A stretch of 64,000 nucleotides of DNA from a virus (Duplodnaviria; Caudoviricetes). The stretch spans positions 1-64,000 of the IMG/VR virus record IMGVR_UViG_3300037454_000334; one strand, 5' to 3'. This document shows, piece after piece, positions 29,920-37,895 of the stretch. The translations under genes were made by a program, and so were the position numbers. Below the pieces are notes generated by a model. That model was not told the origin of the DNA. It saw only the letters and a program-made list of their open reading frames with translations, and did no database searches. How positions within the stretch are numbered: position 1 is the first letter of the stretch; every line of letters begins with the position of its first letter.

Positions 29920-30468
29920 ATGAAGAAAGAAGAACCGAAGAAAGGCTACGAATCACTCACTGCTTCATACAGGTATTGGGCTGAGCGTGAGCCTGGCCGC
30001 AAGGACGAATGGAAACAAAAGTATGAATGGGCACTGGGGCGAGCCCAGCAATATGCAGACCGTCTCGGTGTAACACGTGACGAGGTACTGGCTGTATGGG
30101 AACAGGAACGCGACTACTGGTATGTGAACTACTATCAGGAGAGCAATCAGCCCGACTTGACGAGGCGTAATGTGGTGACACTGGAGCAGTGGGAGGCCGA
30201 GGGTGAAAGGCTCTATGGCAAGAACCACCTCGAATGGCGGTTTAGATGCCCCACCTGCGGCCATATACAAACACCACAAGAGTTCAAAACCGCAGGCATC
30301 GATCCGCACAAGGCTTATCAGAGCTGCGCCTCACGCTACGGGCTGGGTGGCGAGAGTACCTGTAAATGGACCGTCTGTGGACTGCTAATAACAGGCGGTC
30401 GCTACGTCATCGACGCCCGCTACAGTCCGCGACTGATATTCGAGTTTGCAGATAAAAAGGAGGACTGA
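29920..30468 (+). CDS. hypothetical protein (VVA0879-like, Cys motifs)
   Basis: WRFRCPTCGH...QSCASR...CKW. Confidence 0.65.
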   Translation: MKKEEPKKGYESLTASYRYWAEREPGRKDEWKQKYEWALGRAQQYADRLGVTRDEVLAVWEQERDYWYVNYYQESNQPDLTRRNVVTLEQWEAEGERLYGKNHLEWRFRCPTCGHIQTPQEFKTAGIDPHKAYQSCASRYGLGGESTCKWTVCGLLITGGRYVIDARYSPRLIFEFADKKED

Positions 30469-30471
30469 GCG

Positions 30472-30819
30472 ATGACCGACGAGCAGAAGCGTGAGCATAT
30501 AAGTTTCCTCTACAGGCAGCTTGACACCTGCGGGCAGATAATTGCAGAGACGGAGCCAGGGCCAGAGCGGTCGAGGTACAATCGTGAGTATCGAGGCATC
30601 GTCAATGCCCTGCGCAGACTGGAACCCGAGAAGTGGAAAGACTATCCCGTGCTCCGTCAGCACACCACTGAGGGGCGGAACGAGATGGTACAGAAGTTTC
30701 TCGCCACCCACCGCTGTCCGAAGTGCGGCGGCGAGTTCAAACAGACCCGCAGCGGTTCGTTTCGCATCGTCTGCCAGCAGTGTGGACAAAAAGCACAATT
30801 AAAACGCAGAAATAAATAA
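30472..30819 (+). CDS. Zn-ribbon protein
   Basis: CPKCGG...CQQCG. Confidence 0.7.
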   Translation: MTDEQKREHISFLYRQLDTCGQIIAETEPGPERSRYNREYRGIVNALRRLEPEKWKDYPVLRQHTTEGRNEMVQKFLATHRCPKCGGEFKQTRSGSFRIVCQQCGQKAQLKRRNK

Positions 30820-30837
30820 CTTAAAAGGAATACGACA

Positions 30838-31278
30838 ATGACAGAGAAGAAATTAAAGTATGCCTTCGGTACGAGCGACACGCACTGCGAGGCTGACCTC
30901 TTCGACACGATCGAAGAAGTGATTGAGTATGCACAAGCGTCATGGGACAATAAGGACGGCAACCCGTTCGACGAGGACTGCGACTACTCTGATTGCATCT
31001 ACGTTGGAACGGCTGAGACCTACGAGCCTGCCGACTTTGCGCCATCGTTGGACGATATAGCCGACCAGATGACGGACAAGTTCTACTGCGACCACAACAT
31101 CGACGACGATGCCGACGTGCACTACTACAAGAAAGAGGAAGCACAAAAGGAGTGGCGCGAGTTCATCAACAAGTATTTCGACATCCCTTGCACCATTATT
31201 GCCAACTGGAACGTCGGTATCTACGACCTGAAAGAGCACAAGTGGGTGGAGAGGTACGACAAGAAGCAGGAGGACTGA
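30838..31278 (+). CDS. acidic hypothetical protein
   Basis: Packed ORF. Confidence 0.7.
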   Translation: MTEKKLKYAFGTSDTHCEADLFDTIEEVIEYAQASWDNKDGNPFDEDCDYSDCIYVGTAETYEPADFAPSLDDIADQMTDKFYCDHNIDDDADVHYYKKEEAQKEWREFINKYFDIPCTIIANWNVGIYDLKEHKWVERYDKKQED

Positions 31279-31281
31279 CCC

Positions 31282-31758
31282 ATGAAACGAATTATCAATT
31301 ACATCAAGCAATGGATGGCTCTACGGGATCGGGAGAAGGCCGTGGCCAAGTTGGAAAGGGAGATGCAAGACCGTATGACCTGCATCGACGAGAAGATGGC
31401 ACTGAGGGAAGTGACCGATGTCTATGCCAAGTATGTCTGCATGATGCACGGCTGGCGAGACAGCATCGGCAATTATGTAGGCGACGAGTTCTGCGAGGTC
31501 AGCCTGTCGTTTATGAACGGCTACGTCAAGGCACTGCACGACAACGGGCTGGAGTTCCAGAACGGACTGGTAAAGAAGCGCGACATCACGGAGGTAATGC
31601 CGAGCGGTGCGCTCGACTACTACCGCAAGGATGCCATTCGTGACACCAAGCGCGAGTGTATCGCCGCCCTCGAAAAGGTGATGGCGAAGTACGAAACATC
31701 GAAAGCCAACATCAACACTATTGTCAGCGCTTTCAGGAAAGAGATCAAGGAGGACTGA
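31282..31758 (+). CDS. hypothetical phage protein
   Basis: Packed ORF. Confidence 0.7.
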   Translation: MKRIINYIKQWMALRDREKAVAKLEREMQDRMTCIDEKMALREVTDVYAKYVCMMHGWRDSIGNYVGDEFCEVSLSFMNGYVKALHDNGLEFQNGLVKKRDITEVMPSGALDYYRKDAIRDTKRECIAALEKVMAKYETSKANINTIVSAFRKEIKED

Positions 31759-31788
31759 CACGGAAATAATTAAAAAATCATAGAGATT

Positions 31789-32073
31789 ATGGAAATTGAC
31801 ATTGATATTGACGACATCATCATGTCGTGCAGCAAGCTGGAGAAGAAAGACCTCTACAAGGCACTGCTGGAGGACGGCGACGTGATCAGTGAGAAAGAAA
31901 AGATGCAGAAGGAGTACGAGGAACGGCAGGCTGAGGAGTTTCACCTGATGCAGACCCTCGAAGCCATGAGCCGGTACGAACTGAAACAGACGCTGTGCAA
32001 TCTGCTTGGCGTGGCAACATACTTGGACGAAGCGGCACTCCGCAAGGCATTGGAACCGATAATCAAGGCATAA
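31789..32073 (+). CDS. hypothetical phage protein
   Basis: Packed ORF. Confidence 0.7.
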   Translation: MEIDIDIDDIIMSCSKLEKKDLYKALLEDGDVISEKEKMQKEYEERQAEEFHLMQTLEAMSRYELKQTLCNLLGVATYLDEAALRKALEPIIKA

Positions 32074-32161
32074 GACAATATGAAGTGAAGGGATGTATAT
32101 GTCGACGGATAAGATAGATAATATTATAGATAAAGTTTTTAAAAAGTTGAAGGAATAAGAT

Positions 32162-32614
32162 ATGCCAGGCAGACATAAAATTTGTTTATTCGGTATGGTT
32201 GGGGGTTACACGAGAGGTCCGATCGAGGCCGTAGTGACGAGCGGCAGTGATATCTTGTCGCTGGCTGACGAGGGTATGCGGCAGGAACCGCCAAAGGACG
32301 CATCCGATACGCCGTTCACCATCAAGGCTGTCGTGGCCGATCAGGAAATCGGCAGTTTAGTAAAGAAATTGGCCAGCAGCTGGTACTTCTCCCGCAAGGA
32401 GGTGAAGCGGATGCAATACTTTGTCACTCACGGCCACATCGTTTATCTGAAGTATCCAGTGGATGTCGGAACGTGCGTTGTGACCATCTACACGCCGCGA
32501 CAACTTCGGCTGCAGCTGGAAAAGACTCATTACCTCCGCACGGATTGGAGTGCCATGATTGCAGGTTATAGTCTTACGAATAGATATCATACAAATAAAA
32601 AGAAAAAGAAATAA
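32162..32614 (+). CDS. hypothetical phage protein
   Basis: Packed ORF. Confidence 0.65.
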   Translation: MPGRHKICLFGMVGGYTRGPIEAVVTSGSDILSLADEGMRQEPPKDASDTPFTIKAVVADQEIGSLVKKLASSWYFSRKEVKRMQYFVTHGHIVYLKYPVDVGTCVVTIYTPRQLRLQLEKTHYLRTDWSAMIAGYSLTNRYHTNKKKKK

Positions 32615-32620
32615 AAGATT

Positions 32621-33154
32621 ATGGAACTGATATTTAAACCACAAGACTTGATGGTAGGCGATTGGGTGCTCCATCATGGGGTGCCGCACCTTGTCGTTGG
32701 AATCGATTGCCTGGAACTGAAGACATGGCAATCGGTCAACCGCTGCGCCCTGTCAAAATTCGTCGGTTATGACGAGGTGAAGCCCATACCCATCAGTCCA
32801 GACTACCTGAAGCTCTTCGGTTTCACGCAGGCCGACAGCGAAAGCGATTGGCTGGAAGGGAATGTATGGAAGATAACGTTCGACGACAAAGATGTCGAAG
32901 ACCACGAGGCTTGCGAATTCATGTTCTCATGGACGGAGGACAAATATAGGGATCGCAGTTACAAGACCATCTTCAGAGGCTACGGTGACACCCCGTGCTT
33001 CCGCTTTGATGCCATCAGCGACATACAGCACTTCTTTTATCAGGAGAGCCGCTGCCCAATGCCGCTCAGCTGTCATCCGCAACCGATGCCAGTCAGCGAC
33101 GAAGCCAGGCGATTCCTTGACGGACTGAAGAAGAAACAGCTATATACAAAATAA
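32621..33154 (+). CDS. hypothetical phage protein
   Basis: DLMVGDWV...VKPIPI motif common in Bacteroidetes phages. Confidence 0.7.
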   Translation: MELIFKPQDLMVGDWVLHHGVPHLVVGIDCLELKTWQSVNRCALSKFVGYDEVKPIPISPDYLKLFGFTQADSESDWLEGNVWKITFDDKDVEDHEACEFMFSWTEDKYRDRSYKTIFRGYGDTPCFRFDAISDIQHFFYQESRCPMPLSCHPQPMPVSDEARRFLDGLKKKQLYTK

Positions 33155-33159
33155 AAAGT

Positions 33160-33372
33160 ATGATGGATAAGAAATTTATTATTGATTTGTCGCTCATTAT
33201 CGCCTATGTGGTGATATATATTCCTCTGTATTTTGTCCATACGGCGTATTATGACTACCAGGTGATGATCTTGTACCTGTTGAGTGGTATGTTAGCAGGT
33301 TTCTGTTTTAGAAATATCATCCGATACCATAAAGATGAGAAGAAGAAAGATAAAGATATAAATACTATATAA
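33160..33372 (+). CDS. small AT-rich membrane protein
   Basis: Two TM helices. Confidence 0.6.
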   Translation: MMDKKFIIDLSLIIAYVVIYIPLYFVHTAYYDYQVMILYLLSGMLAGFCFRNIIRYHKDEKKKDKDINTI

Positions 33373-33379
33373 GAAGATT

Positions 33380-33595
33380 ATGGATGAAGATAGAATTATC
33401 AAGAGAGACGAGAATGGCAAATGCGTGTCAGTGTCGATGGAGTTGTATGCGGATGAGTTTGTTTTTGAAAATCCCGAAATACAATTTGACATGGGTGCAT
33501 ATATGGAAGGATTTGGCTTTGAAGAGTTGCTTGAAGGCTGCACCGAGGACGATGATATAACACTAGTTATTGAAGTAAGAAAGAAGAAAAAATGA
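33380..33595 (+). CDS. small acidic protein
   Basis: Last ORF of the right arm. Confidence 0.6.
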   Translation: MDEDRIIKRDENGKCVSVSMELYADEFVFENPEIQFDMGAYMEGFGFEELLEGCTEDDDITLVIEVRKKKK

Positions 33596-33761
33596 CGTTT
33601 GTAAATAATAATGATATGGATACATAATATGGCCAAAACGGGCCTAAAAAGTTTGTATAGTAATCAAATAGGAAGTTTCTTTCTCAATCAAACCACCCGC
33701 TTCATTGAGATACAAGTTATTCAGCCTATTGAGAGGCAAATTTAGAATATGGTAGAAATGT

Positions 33762-33811
33762 AAAAGAAAAAACCGCCCGCAGCGGTCTCGGTGATGGAGA
33801 CGTGCGGGCGG
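33762..33811 (-). terminator. intrinsic terminator ending late transcription
   Basis: ccgcccgca...tgcgggcgg stem followed by a U-run on the minus strand. Confidence 0.75.
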
Positions 33812-33836
33812 AAACACCTCAATAAGTAAAAACCAG

Positions 33837-35315
33837 TTATTTCTTGACGCTGGCGCGTTGAGACTGCTTGCTGGTAGCCTTTGGCTGAGCCTTCTTAGCA
33901 GCATTGAGTTTACTATTAACCTTCGGTTGACCCTGCTCACGCTCGGAAGAGTCGATGCCAGCATCACTCTTCGCTCGCTTAATCGCAGCGTTTTCCTCTT
34001 CTATATACTGAACATAGGGATAATAGTTCTTGGCTTCTTCCTCGCCGATGAGCTCGACCAGTCGCGGATATTTGACTTCCTTGGCGGTCTTCAATCGTGC
34101 GTCACTCGCAGGCTTATCCTTACGCTTCAGATATCTAAGGATGTCGGAGATTTCCTCTTTCTTTGCTTCCTCAGCTTTCATCTTCGCGGCATATTCGGGA
34201 TTCTCCTGCTCGATGATGGCCTTGATGCGCATATCGAGTTCGGGCGAGCGCAGTTTCTCGTAGTAAGGTCGGCAGATGTGCGACACCTTCACGAGATCGA
34301 CGCCTTTGAAGCGACGGAGGAATTTATCGCGATAGGGTTCATCGTTTTGTAAGCGATAGAAAACGGTGGCCAACTCTTCGTCGACGGCGGCATAGATGGC
34401 GAGGTAGCCCTCGACGGCCTCCTTGGCCTGCTGGGCGTAGGGCTCTATCTCTTCGGGCGCAGCGCCCATGTCGCCCATCGTCTTAGCACGCTCGGATGCA
34501 CTCTCGGCGGTGACGCGCAGGCCACGAACCATCTCGATGCGCTTCTTCAGGTCGTCGGAGCAGAGCCAGGCGAGGTCACTGAGGCGCAGGCGGTCCTGCT
34601 CGATGCGGTCCTGATAGACCTCGGACATCGTGGGGCATGGTAAACCGCTCTGCGACACAGAGGGGTCAGGCACTTTTGTGCCGTCGGTGTCAGCAGCAGA
34701 AGTGCCAGACCCCGCAGAGTCGCTGCCAGTTCCCCCTGATTCACCGAAGAGCGATGGATTCTGGCGGTCATATTCGGCTTTCTTGGCGGCCTTCTCGGCG
34801 GCCACTTCGGCATTGTTCTTCTCACGGGGAGCCTTGTCGCTGACGATGACGTCGATGCCCATCAGGCGGGCGATGACCATCTGCTTCTCCATCTCGGGAT
34901 CAGTAGGTCGCTGCATCTCGATACCGTTCTTACGGGCTTCGACCTCGGCGGCAGACGGGCGTCCGCGTCGGCGGGCCGGTACCGACGGGGCAACCAGAGC
35001 GTAGGTATGGCCGTCACTGCCCTGCAGCGCGAGACCCTTGGATATCTCGCCCTTGATCTTCTCGACGTAGATGCGCAGTCGGTGGGCACGGGCGGCATAG
35101 TCGCCGTAGCGCACGGCCTTGTCCACGAAGTCGCGGGCAAACTGGAAGGCATACAGCAGCTGCAGGCCTGTCTCCATGTCCTTGCGAGAAGATTGTTCCC
35201 AGGCATCGCCTATCCGCTCCAACACCGGCAGCTTGTCGTTGATGAACTTTGTAAGGTCTGTGACGTAGCTGAGCTGCTCGTCGGGCGTCATCTGTGTGTA
35301 GAGTTTCTGTTCCAT
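33837..35315 (-). CDS. hypothetical late protein (helical, AT-hook-like RRRGRP)
   Basis: 492-aa ORF with its own late promoter. Confidence 0.8.
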   Translation of the reverse strand: MEQKLYTQMTPDEQLSYVTDLTKFINDKLPVLERIGDAWEQSSRKDMETGLQLLYAFQFARDFVDKAVRYGDYAARAHRLRIYVEKIKGEISKGLALQGSDGHTYALVAPSVPARRRGRPSAAEVEARKNGIEMQRPTDPEMEKQMVIARLMGIDVIVSDKAPREKNNAEVAAEKAAKKAEYDRQNPSLFGESGGTGSDSAGSGTSAADTDGTKVPDPSVSQSGLPCPTMSEVYQDRIEQDRLRLSDLAWLCSDDLKKRIEMVRGLRVTAESASERAKTMGDMGAAPEEIEPYAQQAKEAVEGYLAIYAAVDEELATVFYRLQNDEPYRDKFLRRFKGVDLVKVSHICRPYYEKLRSPELDMRIKAIIEQENPEYAAKMKAEEAKKEEISDILRYLKRKDKPASDARLKTAKEVKYPRLVELIGEEEAKNYYPYVQYIEEENAAIKRAKSDAGIDSSEREQGQPKVNSKLNAAKKAQPKATSKQSQRASVKK

Positions 35316-35339
35316 AAGTCGTTGATTTGATTACACATG

Positions 35340-35373
35340 CAAAATTACCACCTTTTTATTTATATAATGGGAC
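35340..35373 (-). promoter_or_regulatory. late promoter GTCCCA-N20-TAATTTTG
   Basis: Same architecture at six loci. Confidence 0.75.
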
Positions 35374-35394
35374 TTCCCTGGCGGTTGGCGACAC

Positions 35395-35426
35395 AAAAAC
35401 CCCCGCATCAGCTCGTGGTGCGGGGG
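35395..35426 (-). terminator. intrinsic terminator
   Basis: cccccgca/tgcggggg stem plus U-run. Confidence 0.75.
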
Positions 35427-35535
35427 CAAAACTAGCATAAATCAAGTCAACTTCTATGAAACCAATTCAGTTTGATTCTTATGTTAGTGAGAGTTGTCAG
35501 GGTTCGTCGTCGGGTTCTTGTTCAGCCGGTTGTTC

Positions 35536-35565
35536 AGCCGGAGCGTTGCCGGCGGTTATTCCCCC
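35536..35565 (-). promoter_or_regulatory. predicted -1 ribosomal frameshift signal
   Basis: GGGGGAA-TAA-CC-GCCGG-N7-CCGGC-T, matching 36563-36592. Confidence 0.75.
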
Positions 35566-36095
35566 ATCAGAGAATCCCATCCACCCTGCTGCGGCTCAGT
35601 CACGTAGAGCAGAGGATACTTCACGGGTTTCAGGTGGAACTCGCAAGTAGCCTGACGGTCAGAGTCTGCGGTGTCACCGGTGTCACCGGCGATGCCACCG
35701 TTGTCAGCCTCGCAGCGACGGTTCGGGTCGTACATAATCAGGCTGTCATCGCCATCCTTCACGATGAAGAACAAGTCGAGGTTGTTCAGCGCACGGCCGG
35801 CCTTCGAGAAGGTCTTGTTCAGAGACTCGATGACAATGGTGATTCCGAGGTCGTAGCCCTTGCGGGGGCCAAGGCTTGAGAAGCTGATCTTCTGGGCCTC
35901 GTTCTTACCCTGAATCTTATAAAGTCCCTTACCGCTGGCGAAGGTCGGCGTGCTGTACACGTTCTCATCTGCGGTCAGGGGAGCGGCCAGGTCAGATTTA
36001 ATACCGACATAGACGTCGGCGCTGATGCCAGCCAGATTCTCCAAGCACTCGTCGGCTTTGAGAATGTTCATCATTGTTGGACAATTCTGTGCCAT
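35556..36095 (-). CDS. probable major tail (tube) protein; predicted -1 frameshift extension to 35497
   Basis: Beta-rich 179 aa downstream of capsid; ends in a GGGGGAATAA frameshift cassette. Confidence 0.55.
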   Translation of the reverse strand: MAQNCPTMMNILKADECLENLAGISADVYVGIKSDLAAPLTADENVYSTPTFASGKGLYKIQGKNEAQKISFSSLGPRKGYDLGITIVIESLNKTFSKAGRALNNLDLFFIVKDGDDSLIMYDPNRRCEADNGGIAGDTGDTADSDRQATCEFHLKPVKYPLLYVTEPQQGGWDSLMGE

Positions 36096-36132
36096 ATTGA
36101 TAAATTTTTGTGTTGGTTACTACTATTAAACG

Positions 36133-36191
36133 AAAAGGGAGGGAGCCCATCGGCGGGCGATATTGCGCTTCGGGGCTCCCCTACCCCCTTT
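36133..36191 (-). terminator. intrinsic terminator after capsid extension
   Basis: gggagccc/gggctccc stem flanked by A/T runs. Confidence 0.7.
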
Positions 36192-36199
36192 GAGAGATT

Positions 36200-36590
36200 C
36201 TAGCCGTCCAGGTCGGTGTCCTCACCGCCGCCCTGACCTACGTCAGCCGTTGGCGTGATAGTCACCAGGATTCCGGCTTCGTTGCCTTCGGCATCGTACA
36301 GCGGATACTTGGTCTCACCGTCGGCTGCTGCCGTTGCGATGATGTAGAACTTGCGTCCTACCCACTCGGCTACCGAGTTCTCCTTCACCTCGACCTCGAT
36401 GAACTCCTGTTCGCCGAAGGTCTTTTTCTCGCCTGTGGTCTCTGCGACGCCAGTGGCGTACTCAGTCTGACCGTCGGCGCTGTATGAAGTGAAGTTGTAC
36501 GTTACCTTTTCGGGTACCTGCGGCTCGGGCTGTGGCTCGGGCTCTGGTGCAGGCGTTTGATTAGCCGGGTCGCCTCCGGCGGTTATTCCC
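36200..36590 (-). CDS. -1 frame C-terminal extension of capsid protein (PE linker plus acidic beta domain)
   Basis: Open frame GITAGGDPANQTPAPEPEPQPEPQ...EDTDLDG* with no ATG of its own; begins at the slippery site. Confidence 0.75.
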
Positions 36591-36592
36591 CC
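36563..36592 (-). promoter_or_regulatory. predicted -1 ribosomal frameshift signal
   Basis: Slippery G-run, stop codon, then 5-bp GC stem with 7-nt loop. Confidence 0.8.
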
Positions 36593-37839
36593 GAGAAAAT
36601 GGCTACGATGGCCATAGGATCACCTGTGGCAACGATGTTGATCGTTGCAGAGGTCTGTCCGTTTGACCACTTCACGAAGTTCTTGCCGGTCTTCGGTGTG
36701 GCGGTCAGTGTCAGGGTTGTGCCCTTGGCTACCTCAGTACCACTTGGGATGGTCTCCTGACCGTTCTTGATAACCACGTCACCGAGGGTAGCGTCGTTGG
36801 CGGTCACGTAAACGGCATCCTTGGTGTAGTCACCAGAGTTGAACGACATCTCGGCAGCACCACCATTGGTCACGAATGCGCGGCCAGTGGGATCAACGAG
36901 CATGAAGCCGAAGATACCCTGGATCTGCATCACGAGGTCCTTGGTGTCGCGAGAGGGCTCGGGAACGACGTTGACGAAGCTGTCGTCAGACTCGTTGTTC
37001 ACACCCAGCACGAGGTTGCCCTCGATGGTTGCGAATGCGAGTGTTCCCTTGTAGTCATCTACGGGGATGAAGGTACGCTTAGAGTGTCCGGGCAGCTTGA
37101 AGTTGCCGTTGTCAAGCCACTGAGCGCCCTGGTGTGAGCGGTGCTTCTGCTCGAAGGCGTCGGCAATGGCGAGAGCGTCCTCACGAACGAGATAGACGTT
37201 CACGTTCTGCTTCTTCAGTGCGGGGCTCCATGAGTTCTCCCACTTCACGTAGTTGTCGTAAGCGGCAGAGTCGCCCTCGCTCTGGGGAGCGTCGAACAGG
37301 CCAGAGGGGATGAGATTCTTGGCAGCCTGGTTGACAGTGCCGTCGTTGATGTCAACCAACATCACGGTGAGCAGACCGTCGAAGAGGTTCATCTCCTCGT
37401 TGTCGCTGGCAGCGTCACCACCGATAATGTTGTTGAAGATGTCCTGAGAGAACAGCTTGGCCTGCTCGGTCATGAACTCCTCGGTCTTCTCAAAGTGCAT
37501 AGCGGCATTGCCGTTGATGCTGATGTTACCTGGCTTCTCCTTGAAGTCATCCTCGTTACAGCGAATGCGGTGAACGCAGATGTTCGCCGTCAGCTTACGA
37601 GAGAAGAGGTAGCCGAGCTTCGACTCCTTGACGTTACCGACTTCCTTCTTGCGGGTCTGACCACCCTTGCCTGCGAAGACAGTCTTGGTCATCTGGTGCT
37701 GTACACCCGTCTCGACCTTGATGCCGAGGCGATCCAACTCGTCCTTCATATAGTATGCAGGACCGAACACGATGTTCGGAGAGAGCTTGTTGGCTACGCT
37801 CTGTACATTCTCCAAACCGATGAATTTTTCGTTTGCCAT
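36583..37839 (-). CDS. probable major capsid protein with C-terminal Ig/InlB-B-repeat-like domain
   Basis: Directly after protease/scaffold; C-terminal GTTLTLTATPKTGKNFVKWSNG. Confidence 0.7.
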   Translation of the reverse strand: MANEKFIGLENVQSVANKLSPNIVFGPAYYMKDELDRLGIKVETGVQHQMTKTVFAGKGGQTRKKEVGNVKESKLGYLFSRKLTANICVHRIRCNEDDFKEKPGNISINGNAAMHFEKTEEFMTEQAKLFSQDIFNNIIGGDAASDNEEMNLFDGLLTVMLVDINDGTVNQAAKNLIPSGLFDAPQSEGDSAAYDNYVKWENSWSPALKKQNVNVYLVREDALAIADAFEQKHRSHQGAQWLDNGNFKLPGHSKRTFIPVDDYKGTLAFATIEGNLVLGVNNESDDSFVNVVPEPSRDTKDLVMQIQGIFGFMLVDPTGRAFVTNGGAAEMSFNSGDYTKDAVYVTANDATLGDVVIKNGQETIPSGTEVAKGTTLTLTATPKTGKNFVKWSNGQTSATINIVATGDPMAIVAIFSGE

Positions 37840-37895
37840 AGTTGTTAAAAATGTGTTGGTGAATAATGATGTTATTTAAAAAGTTTTTGTGTTGG

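Noticed and set aside
36548-36580. Pseudoknot at the capsid frameshift (loop AGGCG with downstream CGCCT)
   Set aside because: Possible for the capsid copy but absent in the tail copy, so not claimed as part of the shared signal.
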